A program made the translations under genes and the position numbers. A stretch of 64,000 nucleotides of DNA from Pontiella sp. (GTDB lineage Bacteria; Verrucomicrobiota; Kiritimatiellia; Kiritimatiellales; Pontiellaceae): NCBI GenBank assembly GCA_050290185.1, contig JBNKHE010000006.1, positions 192,001 to 256,000 on the forward strand. The letters run 5' to 3'. A model generated the notes under the pieces. That model was not told the origin of the DNA. It saw only the letters and a list, made by a program, of their open reading frames with translations, and made no database searches. Within the stretch, counting starts at the first letter, position 1; each line of letters opens with the position of its first letter. Below are positions 29,894 through 40,297 of the stretch, in pieces.

Positions 29894-31891
29894 TCAGTCA
29901 ACCCAGGGACGGGCCTGTTTAAAGACGAGGGTACCATCGGCCAAAAACTTGAATTCCACCTCCATCGCAAAATCAGGCCGGCCTTCGGCACCGTATGCCC
30001 GCTGGAAATGATCGTGCACCCGCTCCAACTCATCAGCCAGCTGAACCGCCTGGGTCTGCGACAGCACATGACTGCCTTTTGGTATCAGATTGGAATGGCG
30101 AATATACTGGATCTCGTATTCGCTCTGACCGCTAAGTTCGGAAATCAGGAATTCATCCGGAACAACCCCATCATCCGGATTGGTCACCAGCGATTCGCCC
30201 ACCTGTACGTTGACATAGTATCCCCGCCAGTCGGAATCATACAGGTTCCGGGTTACGGCCACCCCGTTGGCCGATTCGTCGCGATAGCTTGGATGGCACA
30301 GGACCCCCATGGCGGAGCGGAGGTGATCAATCCGGTAGAATTCGCGCTCCTCAAACGCCCGGAAACTCCAATTCCCGGCCCAGATCTGCTTGATCGTATG
30401 GCTCAGATGCCCTTCATCGGGCTTGTGCGTTTTTGAATCATAGAGCCCGGCCCCGCTGAAGCCCTCAAGATCTTCCACATTCGCACTCGAGCGGCATCGG
30501 ATCCGCGTATCCGGCGCAAACCGATGTTGCAGCGCCCCCAGTGCTTCCATCATGTCGGGCGGCAGGGTTCCGGCCCGGATCTGTCTGCGAAACTTTTTCA
30601 GGGCATCTTCCCGCACCACCTCATTGGTCTTGAAAGCCGGATCGGCCATCATGGTTTCAGCCACGGCATAGAATCCGTTGGACTGCATGAAACGGTCGTA
30701 CATCGAAAACGGCACCGCATAGCCCTCCGGCGCCATGCCACCGGGCATGATATGCCGAAGCTCGGCGACATTGGCCGACTTGGAACCATAGGCATCGTAG
30801 GCCGACCGCCCGATATCAGCCAGGGCCGCAATCGCCGATACGGAAAGATTGCGCACAGGGACCTGCGGTTTGGCGGGCCGGATCGATGCCTGGAACGTAT
30901 CAACCTCCACCTGAGATGCGGGCTTAATGGTATAGCCATCGGGCGTGAGTTCAAAACGCACATTCCGCCCGATCAGCGGCTGGATCTCCGGCCGGGTGGA
31001 GGCATTCCGGATATACGCATTGGGAATACCGTCCTGCCGGGCCTTCAGGTTGACGTGGGAGAGCGGCGTCTGCGGATCTTCCGTAATGAGACCGGCAACA
31101 CAGGCAAGATCATTTGGCACCGACCGGAAAATCACGATATCGCGCGGCGTCAAGCGGATCCCCGGTTCTGCCACCATCAATCGACCATAGGCACAACCTA
31201 AATGGAGAGGACATTCCTGCCGGCTCCCCAAAAGCTGATCCGTCGAGATGGTCCGCACGCAAGAGTTGCTGTAAGCCGCCCGTTCCTCCTCGAGCAGGAT
31301 TCGTTGCGTCTCCCCGCTGGGATGATACAACAGGCGATCCCCGGCAAACGGCATGGCTTCGGCAATGAGTCTGTAAGCGGTTTCCACGAACGGAAAACCC
31401 ACGGGATCGGAAGGCCAGAACTCGAGGGTGTAGACGCCGGCCGTCTCCCGGTCGTCTGTCGGAACCGAAACGCGGTCATGCGCAATGATGCTTCCCGCCA
31501 GATTTTTCCGGTTCCGGTCCCGAAAGTAGGTGACGGCTTCAAATGCATCGCTTCCGTCGCTGTATCCAAGAATCTCGCGGGCGAAGCAGTAATGATACAC
31601 ATGCTTTTTCGAATTCATGAAATAGAGCCTGGGCCGATCCGAACCAGCATCCATGATGACAAACTTGAGTTCAAACACCCCGTAGGCGCCCGGAACATCA
31701 TCGCGACTGGCCAGCATCTCAAAACTCAGCCGGTCCGGGACCTCCAGCGCCCCGTCCGACGGAAGCAATGGCTTTCCGTTAATCAGCGGGCGTGACGACG
31801 CCTGCGGGACCGGATCAGCGTCCGCAGCCCGCGCGGTGATTGAAGCCAGCACACAGCAAAGAATCAACCACGCTGTTTTCAGTTTTGGCAT
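29894..31891 (-). CDS. signal-peptide-bearing PEP/pyruvate-binding (PPDK nucleotide-binding) domain protein
   Basis: YGSKSAN, RSSANVEDLEGFSGAGLYDS, EVEFK..KQARP. Confidence 0.82.
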   Translation of the reverse strand: MPKLKTAWLILCCVLASITARAADADPVPQASSRPLINGKPLLPSDGALEVPDRLSFEMLASRDDVPGAYGVFELKFVIMDAGSDRPRLYFMNSKKHVYHYCFAREILGYSDGSDAFEAVTYFRDRNRKNLAGSIIAHDRVSVPTDDRETAGVYTLEFWPSDPVGFPFVETAYRLIAEAMPFAGDRLLYHPSGETQRILLEEERAAYSNSCVRTISTDQLLGSRQECPLHLGCAYGRLMVAEPGIRLTPRDIVIFRSVPNDLACVAGLITEDPQTPLSHVNLKARQDGIPNAYIRNASTRPEIQPLIGRNVRFELTPDGYTIKPASQVEVDTFQASIRPAKPQVPVRNLSVSAIAALADIGRSAYDAYGSKSANVAELRHIMPGGMAPEGYAVPFSMYDRFMQSNGFYAVAETMMADPAFKTNEVVREDALKKFRRQIRAGTLPPDMMEALGALQHRFAPDTRIRCRSSANVEDLEGFSGAGLYDSKTHKPDEGHLSHTIKQIWAGNWSFRAFEEREFYRIDHLRSAMGVLCHPSYRDESANGVAVTRNLYDSDWRGYYVNVQVGESLVTNPDDGVVPDEFLISELSGQSEYEIQYIRHSNLIPKGSHVLSQTQAVQLADELERVHDHFQRAYGAEGRPDFAMEVEFKFLADGTLVFKQARPWVD

Positions 31892-31928
31892 TCAGTACCC
31901 TTGTCCTCTTTATCGACACCCCGGCCAA

Positions 31929-33191
31929 TCATTCCTGCGCGTTGGAGTCAACAAACCAACCGCTGTAGTTGACGTCATGGCGATCCGCGATTGCCCTCAT
32001 GTATTTCGAGTTCTTGAAGACAGCATTCAGATTGGAAAGCGTTACCTTGCCGCGCAGCACAAGCAGGTAGTATCGGCTTCCATCCCGAGCCTTTTCCTCG
32101 GATATCTCGCCAACCTTGAAGGCCGTTTCCCCTATTTTTGAAACCAGGGCCTCCAGCGGTGGCTTTTCATCCGACCACAAGTAATACGAAACCACCTGCT
32201 CGCGGCAAATATCCGTTCCGCGGGAGCGAACGGTTGCGAGGGTTTCCAAATCCTCCGACTCATGCTGGGCAGCCCAAAAGCGGTCATAGGTTTGCTGTAG
32301 CTGTTCCTGTGTGACCTGAACGGTTTCCGCGCCGGCGCAATTCGCGATCTGTTCCGCCAAAAACTCATTCAAAGGATACAACGCATCAAAGTGCGAGGCG
32401 CCTTTAATAGCAAAGCAGTGTAGTTTTGGATTCTTGTTCGCCGCCGCCATCTGTTCCAACTGCCCGATGTTCCCGCCGCTTCCTTCGATCAGATAGGTGG
32501 GCGATGAAATCGCGTTGATATAGACGGCCGGAGACCGAAGCGCATCCTCCTTCTTGTTCGCCGGATCATAGTTCACCGAATCCGGCCCATAGGCCGACGG
32601 CGCCGATACGGCACCAAATGCAAATACGGCCTTGAACTCCTTCGTGGCCTCGGCCGTCAGCAGCGCCAACGTTCCGCCTGTGCTGTGGCCGCCCAGATAA
32701 ATCTGCTTTGGGTCGACATAAGGTACTTTTTGAAGATATTTCAGTGCAGCCAAAACATCGTCTACTTCCCCCAGAAACGATTCCTGTTTCCCCGGATTTC
32801 CGCAGCTTCCCCGGAAGCTGGGATACATCATCACCACGCCGGCTTCATGATATGCCAGCGCGGATTGATCATTGTCATAGGAGGAGGGCTCCCAGATCCA
32901 TTCGCCTATACCACCCGGAGGGAAACCGCCCGTTATCCAGATGATCGCCGGATATTTTTTATTCACGTTCTCGGGCCTACTTAGATAGGCCTGCATATCA
33001 CCGATCGCTGTTGGATACTTTACGATGGAAAACGCACTATCCGGCGGCTTGGCCAAGGCGCTCTTGTCGCTGATTGTGCGAACCAGCTCCGTCTTAAAGC
33101 CCTTGCGCGCCTCAAGAAGCGCAGTTTCTGCAGTTCCGCCATATACCAGGGAGAAGAAGAATGTGAACGTTGCGATCAGTTTGAATTTCAT
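31929..33191 (-). CDS. secreted alpha/beta hydrolase (S9-like) with extra C-terminal domain
   Basis: Signal peptide, GGHSTGG nucleophile motif, GASHF. Confidence 0.85.
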   Translation of the reverse strand: MKFKLIATFTFFFSLVYGGTAETALLEARKGFKTELVRTISDKSALAKPPDSAFSIVKYPTAIGDMQAYLSRPENVNKKYPAIIWITGGFPPGGIGEWIWEPSSYDNDQSALAYHEAGVVMMYPSFRGSCGNPGKQESFLGEVDDVLAALKYLQKVPYVDPKQIYLGGHSTGGTLALLTAEATKEFKAVFAFGAVSAPSAYGPDSVNYDPANKKEDALRSPAVYINAISSPTYLIEGSGGNIGQLEQMAAANKNPKLHCFAIKGASHFDALYPLNEFLAEQIANCAGAETVQVTQEQLQQTYDRFWAAQHESEDLETLATVRSRGTDICREQVVSYYLWSDEKPPLEALVSKIGETAFKVGEISEEKARDGSRYYLLVLRGKVTLSNLNAVFKNSKYMRAIADRHDVNYSGWFVDSNAQE

Positions 33192-33323
33192 GGTTCTCCT
33201 TTTATATAATATCGCGTACAGGACGCATGCATATGCGATCCGTTAGCCCGTTGTACCATTCATGGATTCGTGACAAAATACGAAACGTTTAAGATCAACA
33301 TCAAGGGATGGAGCGGAAGGCGA

Positions 33324-33389
33324 TGAAACTGCAATGTTCACCAAACACCCCGAAACCACAATCACCTTGCGGATGATTTTTCCATCGGG
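33324..33389 (-). repeat. degenerate leuS 3'-end copy (PDGKIIRKVIVVSGCLVNIAVS)
   Basis: In-frame translation matches the LeuS C-terminus; the stop codon is lost. Confidence 0.85.
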
Positions 33390-33947
33390 AAAACCGTACC
33401 TTTTGGCGGGTTTGACGGCAGCTTCACTTTTGTCGTTGGAGGCTCAGGCAGGACTCATTGATGCTGCGGCCAACTAATGTGATTTTTGCCACGAAAAGGC
33501 ACAAGGATTCACAAAAAGAAAGCACGCAGTTTTGTACTCCCCGTTAGCTTTGCATTTTCCTGCCAGCTTATCTTTACCAAAAGATGCACAAGAGACTCAT
33601 AACCATGAGAAGCATAAAGGATTCAATGCGTTCCTTTTTGCGTATTGGAAGCGTTCACTACGTTCCTTATCTGCTTCGCAGATTATCGGCGCGTTGTTTC
33701 GCGAGGGTTAAAATCCATTGGGTTTGGACTTTGCCGCGCCAGGTCGTTTGTGACTATTCGCTCGTAACTTTTCATTCACAATATTTAATCGCCGGAGCAA
33801 TAGTTACTGACCCAATCCGCATCGCACATCAACCCATTCAACTTCCCGTCTAATCTCACAACAAAATATTGAGCTTTCATTTTGAATATATAATTATGCT
33901 CTCTTAAACACATCTCATGTGTATTAAATCATAGAAAGGTTGTTTCC

Positions 33948-34484
33948 ATGAAAATCGCTCGTCTCATCAAGTTTAGTCTCATGTCCGTTGCGACCATCAC
34001 CCTCCTTACCGGATGCGGTACAATTTCCGGCATTAACGCTTCTAAAGGACAAACTATAAGGAATGCATCCAAGTACGATCAGATTGCCGTAATGGATTTC
34101 TCCAATAAAACAGCGAAGAAAAACGCAGGCGTCATTTTTGCCGATCGTATTGCTGACAAACTGGAAGCTAAAGGCGGATTTAAAAACGTTACGCGTAATA
34201 AGCCGGAGGGTAATGCGCTGGTCATATCCGGCACGATCACGCGTTGTGAAGATGGTAATGCAACTGCACGTATGTGGATTGGATTGGGCGCGGGAAGCTC
34301 ATACTTTGACGCCGATGTAAAGTTTAGCGGGAATTTGGAATCCAGTGAATGGGGCACCATAACGGTTGATAAAAACAGCTGGGTGCTGGGTGGTGCAGTG
34401 GCGGCATCTCAGGATGTAGATTATTTCATGAATGAAGCTGCAGATAAAATATGCGAAGAGCTTGAGAAGACAACCACATTATAA
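33948..34484 (+). CDS. DUF4410-like lipoprotein
   Basis: Lipobox LLTGC; G..T.R.WIGLGAGSS motif. Confidence 0.75.
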   Translation: MKIARLIKFSLMSVATITLLTGCGTISGINASKGQTIRNASKYDQIAVMDFSNKTAKKNAGVIFADRIADKLEAKGGFKNVTRNKPEGNALVISGTITRCEDGNATARMWIGLGAGSSYFDADVKFSGNLESSEWGTITVDKNSWVLGGAVAASQDVDYFMNEAADKICEELEKTTTL

Positions 34485-34516
34485 TCACGCTGACCACAAG
34501 ATCGGAAACAACAAAC

Positions 34517-35176
34517 ATGAAGAAGAAACAACTACTCATCCTCCCGCTCTTAGCCCTTGTATTTCTTGAAACAGGTTGTACGTCCTATAGCTTCCGAGGC
34601 GCTCATGCCACACCCGCCCCGACAAATCCCGTTAGTCTGGATAAAAAATACAAACTGACAAGCTACAACAATAGTTTCAAGGCATCTGCAACTCCCTGGT
34701 CCATAACCGGCTACGGAGCAATCAAGCTCTCCAAAAGAGATATTGAAAGACAACTCGTCGATCAATATCCCAATTACTTCACCCGCGATGAACAGGGGAT
34801 TCCAATCAAAGTATCTGTTGATCTCGAAAACACGAAGCGACACATGTGGGGCCTCGTGCCCTATTTGGCAACCCTCGGAATCTATCCCGCGAGGATTATA
34901 AATTTTGAGGACGACTGCGCGGTTACCGTCAGCGTTCTCAACGCAAAAAAAACGGGAAATGTACGTTTCCGAAGCAACTCATGGCTCAGTGTCTGGACAC
35001 CGTTCGGTTTAACAAGAAAAGATAAACCGGATAACTTTACAGGCGAACACCGACACGGCAGTGGTGTTATGATCGCGCCACACCTAAGCTCCAAATGCGC
35101 AACCGACCAGAAGGAAACCTATTTGGTCGAAGTATGCGATGAAGTGGCCGCAATAATTATGTCTTGGCCCAACTGA
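34517..35176 (+). CDS. hypothetical lipoprotein
   Basis: Signal peptide ending ETGC; co-oriented with the preceding lipoprotein. Confidence 0.75.
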   Translation: MKKKQLLILPLLALVFLETGCTSYSFRGAHATPAPTNPVSLDKKYKLTSYNNSFKASATPWSITGYGAIKLSKRDIERQLVDQYPNYFTRDEQGIPIKVSVDLENTKRHMWGLVPYLATLGIYPARIINFEDDCAVTVSVLNAKKTGNVRFRSNSWLSVWTPFGLTRKDKPDNFTGEHRHGSGVMIAPHLSSKCATDQKETYLVEVCDEVAAIIMSWPN

Positions 35177-35202
35177 CCGTCGACACTCGCTGGTTAAGAC
35201 GG

Positions 35203-35238
35203 AAAGAATGACTGGGTTTCATATTCCAGTCATTTTTT
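35203..35238 (+). terminator. intrinsic terminator
   Basis: aatgactgg...ccagtcatt stem followed by a T-run. Confidence 0.7.
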
Positions 35239-35241
35239 GCG

Positions 35242-35310
35242 TTACGAAACCGCGATGTTCACAAGCCGGCCGGAAACGACGATGACTTTGCGAATGGTTT
35301 TTTCTTCCGA
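35242..35310 (-). repeat. leuS 3'-end copy ([22 protein letters not shown])
   Basis: 69 bp in frame, including the stop codon. Confidence 0.92.
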
Positions 35311-35437
35311 ATGAGGCCTCGTTGCCGAGTCCAACCCGGCTCATGGGGCGAGCCCCTATTGGACTTTACCGGAGACCATGTTGCACGAAAACAGCGTTGA
35401 GTTAGCCCCCGCTGTGGATTCTAATGGGTGAAACATT

Positions 35438-37219
35438 ATGAAGATTCTACTGATCACACCTCCGTTGCTTCAACCCAACACGCCTTATGCCGCCACGCCG
35501 CTGCTCACGGCGTGGCTGCGGAATAACGGACATGATGCGGTTCAGGCTGATCTTTCGCTGGAACTGTTGCTTAAACTTTTTTCCAGGGAGGGGGTGGCGG
35601 CGCTCTGCCGAACGCTGGAAGCGTACCCGGAGGCGGAGGCTTTTCTGGAAGCAGAGCCGGATTATCTTGAGACCATTGATGAGGTGATGGCCTTTTTGCA
35701 GGATCAAAATCCGGCGGCTTCCAAACAGATTGCGCGGCGCGGCTGGCTTCCTGAAGGCCCGCATCTCTACCATGCCTACGAGCAGGAGGAGCAGTTCGGA
35801 TGGGACTTTCGCGGCCTCGACGAGGCGGATCGCGCACGGCATCTGGCCAGTTTGTATCTCGACGACCTCGCCGAAGCCGCCAAACTGGCCGATCCGAATT
35901 TTGGTTTTTCCCGCTATGCGGAAAAGCTCGGCGCCAGCCTTCCCCGGTTCGGAAAACTACAGGAAACGCTGGAGGCGCCCCCGTCCCTGTTTTCTTCTTG
36001 GCTGGTCGATCTGACAGACAGGCAACTGCAAAAACATGCGCCGGACATGGTGGCTCTGACGGTTCCATTTCCGGGATGTCTCTTAGGGGCGCTAACCATT
36101 GCCCGCCGAATCAAACAAACCGTTCCCGATATGCACGTCACCATCGGCGGCGGTTATGTGAATACGGAGCTACCCGAACTGCGCGATCCCTCCATTTTCG
36201 ATTATGTCGATTCCATCACCCTCGATAGCGGCATGCTTCCGTTGCTGCAGCTGGCCAATCAAGCCACACCCATCCGAACCTTTGTCCGCGAGGGCGGAGC
36301 GGTTCGGTATTATGAAGACGCCGCAACACCCATTGCCCACAACGCCTTGCCCGCCCCCGTATATGACGGTCTTGAGCTGAACCGCTATTTCGGCCTCTTT
36401 GAAATGCTCAATCCGGTTACACGGCTCTGGTCGGACGGGCGCTGGAACAAGCTTATGCTGGCGCACGGCTGCTGCTGGCGCCGCTGTGAATTCTGCGATA
36501 CGTCGATCGATTATATCCGCCGCTACGACCCCGCCGAACCGTCCGTGATCTGCGACTGGATCGAAGCCATGATTGCGCAGAGCGGTTTTAACGGATTCCA
36601 TTTTGTGGATGAATCCCTGCCGCACGATCTACTGGACGGATTATGCGATGAAATCCTGCGCCGCGGGCTGGAGATTGAGTGGTGGGGCAACATTCGTTTT
36701 GAAAACCGCTTTTCAAATGCGCTGATTCAAAAAATGGCCGCCTCAGGCTGTATTGCCGTAACCGGCGGCTTGGAAACCTGCAACGACCGGACCTTAAAGC
36801 TGATGCGCAAAGGTATTACGGTAAACGGCGCAACTCAGGTGCTTGAAAATCTGGCCGATGCGGGAATCCTGACCCACGCCTACCTGATGTATGGGTTTCC
36901 AACCCAGACCGAACAGGAAACGCTTCAGGCGCTGGAAACCATTCGCCGCCTGTTTGATGAAGGCATCCTGCACTCCGCCTTCTGGCACTGTTTTGCCCTG
37001 ACCGCACACAGCCCGATCGCATGTGATCCCGAGAAATATTCCATCGCGCTGAAAGAGCCGCCGCCTGCCGACTTTGCCCGCAATGAAATTCCGTTCGATG
37101 GACACTTCGACCACGATCCAAAAATTATCGGCGAGGCCCTGCGCGTTGCCACCTACAACTATATGCACGGCATTGGCTTCGACCGCCCCGTTGATCAGTG
37201 GTTGGACGCTAACCCCTGA
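35438..37219 (+). CDS. B12-binding-type radical SAM protein
   Basis: AHGCCWRRCEFC, FHFVDE, WWGNIRFE, YLMYGFP. Confidence 0.9.
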   Translation: MKILLITPPLLQPNTPYAATPLLTAWLRNNGHDAVQADLSLELLLKLFSREGVAALCRTLEAYPEAEAFLEAEPDYLETIDEVMAFLQDQNPAASKQIARRGWLPEGPHLYHAYEQEEQFGWDFRGLDEADRARHLASLYLDDLAEAAKLADPNFGFSRYAEKLGASLPRFGKLQETLEAPPSLFSSWLVDLTDRQLQKHAPDMVALTVPFPGCLLGALTIARRIKQTVPDMHVTIGGGYVNTELPELRDPSIFDYVDSITLDSGMLPLLQLANQATPIRTFVREGGAVRYYEDAATPIAHNALPAPVYDGLELNRYFGLFEMLNPVTRLWSDGRWNKLMLAHGCCWRRCEFCDTSIDYIRRYDPAEPSVICDWIEAMIAQSGFNGFHFVDESLPHDLLDGLCDEILRRGLEIEWWGNIRFENRFSNALIQKMAASGCIAVTGGLETCNDRTLKLMRKGITVNGATQVLENLADAGILTHAYLMYGFPTQTEQETLQALETIRRLFDEGILHSAFWHCFALTAHSPIACDPEKYSIALKEPPPADFARNEIPFDGHFDHDPKIIGEALRVATYNYMHGIGFDRPVDQWLDANP

Positions 37220-38795
37220 GAATAAACTGCTCGGCGGCCTTCATTCCGTCGAGCGCGGAACTGACGATTCCGCCGGCATAGCCCGAACCCTCACCGCACG
37301 GATACAATCCCTTGGCGGAGCAGGATTCGCCGTTTGGATCGCGCAGCATCCGGACCGGGGCCGAACTGCGGGTTTCGGCGGCATAGAGTGTCGCCTCCTC
37401 CAGCCGGGTGTCGTTCAGCTCGCGCAACATCCTGGGGATAGCCGACTGCAGCGTTTCGGAAACAAAGTCCGGTAGCATATTCTGAAGCAGCGCCGGAACC
37501 GCTCGGGTACAGGAACGTTCCCCGGGAAGGTCGCCGACGCTTCCTTCCAGAAAATCAATGAGCCGTGCAGCGGGCACTCCGTAATCGGAACCACCCGCTT
37601 CAAAGGCCGCGCGTTCCATCTTTTTCTGGAACTCGACTCCCGCCAGTGCAGGATTTCCCGCTTCATGCCCAAAATCCGCCATATCCACCGGAACCAGAAA
37701 GGCCGCATTGCCAAACGGCTTGTCTCGCGCCGATAGACTCATCCCGTTGGTGGTCAACATTCCTTCCGAAGAGGCGCAGGAAATAACCAGGCCACCGGGA
37801 CACATACAGAAGCTGTAGCAGCGGCGGGCATTCCCCTCTTCCTTCCGGGTCAACCGGAAACTGGCGCTACCAAGGTTCGGAAGCTTTGCCCAGCGGCCAT
37901 ACTGTGCCGTATCAATCCGGTGCTGCGGAATTTCGAGCCGTACGCCAACCGCGAAAGGCTTGGCTTCGATCGCTACATTGCTTTCGGCCAGCATGGAATA
38001 GATGTCGCGCGCACTATGGCCTGTCGCGAGGAAGCAGGCATCGGTGCGGATTTCCTTGCCGGAAACCACCACCCCTCTCAGTGCGCCGTTTTCAATCTGG
38101 ATCTTCTCCAGTCTGGAATTAAACGCACAAGCTCCGCCCAATTCCCAGATCCGGTTGCGGACGGCGGGAATAATCTGCGTCAAATCGTCGCTTCCGATAT
38201 GCGGGGCGGAATCAATCAGGATGTCGGGAGACGCACCGCAGGCGACCAGTGTTTCAAAAAAGCGGCGGATGCGGGCGCGGTCTTTTGAGCGCGCCGTCAG
38301 CTTCCCGTCGGAAAAGAGCCCTGCACCACCCTCGCCATAAAGGACGTTGCTTTCCGTATTGAGCTCCCCGCTTTTCCAGAATGCTTCAACCTGCTCCGAG
38401 CGAGCATCAGTTTCCGCACCACGCTCAATCAGCAAGGGTTTATACCCCGCCTCCGCCAGCGTCAGCGCCGCCATCAGCCCGGCCGGCCCGGCACCGATCA
38501 CAACCGGCGGATGTTCGCCCTTAACATGGTCCGGGAAAACGAGTGCAGGCTCCGGCTTCGGGGTCTTTTCAATCTGATTGGGTTGCAAGCGCGGCGGTTT
38601 ACCCCGGTAGTCGACGTCCACCGAAAGAATGTAGCGCGGCTCTTGATCCTTTTTTCGGGCGTCCAGCGAACGTCGGATAATTTCAAGGTTATCAAGCTGC
38701 TCTTTTCCGCATCGAAGCTTCCGGCAGATCGCCTTAAGCACATCGCTCTCGCCGTAGGCCAGTCGCACAGATAGTTGGTTGATTCGTAGTTTCAC
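37209..38795 (-). CDS. FAD-dependent oxidoreductase (COG2509-like)
   Basis: IGAGPAG, GEGGAGLFSDGKL, FCMCPGG, GEGSGYAGGI. Confidence 0.9.
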   Translation of the reverse strand: MKLRINQLSVRLAYGESDVLKAICRKLRCGKEQLDNLEIIRRSLDARKKDQEPRYILSVDVDYRGKPPRLQPNQIEKTPKPEPALVFPDHVKGEHPPVVIGAGPAGLMAALTLAEAGYKPLLIERGAETDARSEQVEAFWKSGELNTESNVLYGEGGAGLFSDGKLTARSKDRARIRRFFETLVACGASPDILIDSAPHIGSDDLTQIIPAVRNRIWELGGACAFNSRLEKIQIENGALRGVVVSGKEIRTDACFLATGHSARDIYSMLAESNVAIEAKPFAVGVRLEIPQHRIDTAQYGRWAKLPNLGSASFRLTRKEEGNARRCYSFCMCPGGLVISCASSEGMLTTNGMSLSARDKPFGNAAFLVPVDMADFGHEAGNPALAGVEFQKKMERAAFEAGGSDYGVPAARLIDFLEGSVGDLPGERSCTRAVPALLQNMLPDFVSETLQSAIPRMLRELNDTRLEEATLYAAETRSSAPVRMLRDPNGESCSAKGLYPCGEGSGYAGGIVSSALDGMKAAEQFILRG

Positions 38796-38918
38796 GCCGA
38801 TCCCTTAAATAATTTTCAGCAATCTATTCTCAAAATTTCAGCCGTGCAAGACGGGACGGGTTAATACAGAAAGGCCCCTTTGTGGACAAGGATGCGGGGC
38901 TTTCGAGTTCTTGAGGTG

Positions 38919-38942
38919 GTTCGACTACGAAAGCGCGATGTT
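38919..38942 (-). repeat. vestigial leuS 3'-end copy (NIALS* plus tcgaac)
   Basis: gttcgactacgaaagcgcgatgtt versus gttcgactacgaaacggcgatgtt at 42531-42554; includes 6 nt downstream of the stop. Confidence 0.7.
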
Positions 38943-39061
38943 GCCAGGTTCGATAGCGCAGGGTAATAGCAAAATCATTATTTGGCACTTCGTTGCCCCG
39001 CATGCGCGGAGCCTCTTTCGCCCTACAGGCTCAGGTCATAGGACCGATCCCTGCCCGCTTA

Positions 39062-40114
39062 TTAAATCTCCTGTGAGGGTTTGCCGAAGTCCTTGATCGT
39101 CGCTTCAAGCGGTGTGCCACTGTATTTCTTCAGAAGTCTGGCGGCATCTCTTTCCTGACTAGAAGTGCAAGGGTTGTTGCGATAGTCCATGACATCGGTG
39201 TTGAAGTACTCGTCGGCAAAATCTTCCATATCATCCAGCCCATCGATATAGGTTTTTACCTTCGGATCCATCTTGAGCTTGGCGAGAAGTTCTTTTGCCT
39301 GTGCGGCGTGTGGCGCCTTTCTAACCTCCGCAAGCACCGATGCGTTTTCATAGGCAAAGTAGGGATCGGTTTCATATTTGGCCTCGATTTCGCCGAAGAG
39401 CATTTCGGAAAATTCGTCTAGCTCGGCTTTACTGCCCTTCTTTGCGAGGTATTTCCCATTCAGCCAGGTAATGGCATCAAAAATCAGGTCTTCGCCGGCC
39501 CAGACGTGTCCGCCTGGGAAATAGCGAAGACGACCGTCCTTTTTAATGCGCTTTTGGAATGTGATGGTCATGTCCCAGCGGTTGAAGCAATAGCCTCCGC
39601 ACAGCCCGTAGGCCAGCGCATCGTTTTGATAGTTATTCCCAGAATCTCCGGCCCCGCATGGAATAATTCCGATGATGTTGCTCTTCATCTTATTCGCCAA
39701 CCAGAAAGCCTCGCGGCCACCGCCGGAAAAGCCGGAGGCGTAGCAACGTTTTTCATTCACATGAAAGTGGTCAAATACATCCTCGACCATGGCTTTGATG
39801 GCTTGTTGCGATTTATCGTTGCGGTTGCTCGACTCCCTGGACATTACCAGAATCCAGTTGTTCTTCTCTGCGCCGCGAACATAGCGCTGAATTCCGCTAC
39901 CTTTCCCGCCGCCCGGATGCATGACGAAGAGAACCGGATATTTATCAGCTCGGTTGGTGTCATAGCTGGTCGGGAGGTATAGAAGGTAGGAGAAGTCCCG
40001 ATCGTCCTCGCACTTGATCCCCTCAATAATCTGACCGGTCTTGTGTTCCTGGGCAAACAGTGAAGATGAAAGAGCAATAAGCAGAGCGGATGCGGCAAGA
40101 CATTTTTTAATCAT
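39062..40114 (-). CDS. secreted alpha/beta-hydrolase/esterase-like protein
   Basis: Signal peptide, YLLYLP, YPVLFVMHP, GFSGG, GGHVW. Confidence 0.8.
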   Translation of the reverse strand: MIKKCLAASALLIALSSSLFAQEHKTGQIIEGIKCEDDRDFSYLLYLPTSYDTNRADKYPVLFVMHPGGGKGSGIQRYVRGAEKNNWILVMSRESSNRNDKSQQAIKAMVEDVFDHFHVNEKRCYASGFSGGGREAFWLANKMKSNIIGIIPCGAGDSGNNYQNDALAYGLCGGYCFNRWDMTITFQKRIKKDGRLRYFPGGHVWAGEDLIFDAITWLNGKYLAKKGSKAELDEFSEMLFGEIEAKYETDPYFAYENASVLAEVRKAPHAAQAKELLAKLKMDPKVKTYIDGLDDMEDFADEYFNTDVMDYRNNPCTSSQERDAARLLKKYSGTPLEATIKDFGKPSQEI

Positions 40115-40233
40115 AACTTTTCCTTCGGCATAAGATTGGTTAATCCCTGAAAAGACAATGACACTCCTAAGGAGGAGGACGCAAATCAAAAGCGATACCT
40201 CTCCGCCAGCAAGATGTAACCGAGATCCCCGAT

Positions 40234-40284
40234 CACCAGCCGCCCGGGGACGACGATGACTTTGCGGATGGTTTTTCCTTCGAG
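40234..40284 (-). repeat. truncated leuS 3'-end copy ([17 protein letters not shown])
   Basis: 17 codons in frame. Confidence 0.9.
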
Positions 40285-40297
40285 TCAGAGATGTATG

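Noticed and set aside
33480..33853. ORF 33584-33853 and the purine-rich gccacgaaaaggcacaag motif
   Set aside because: No recognisable protein features and only a single copy in the window; cannot be supported as a gene or repeat family.
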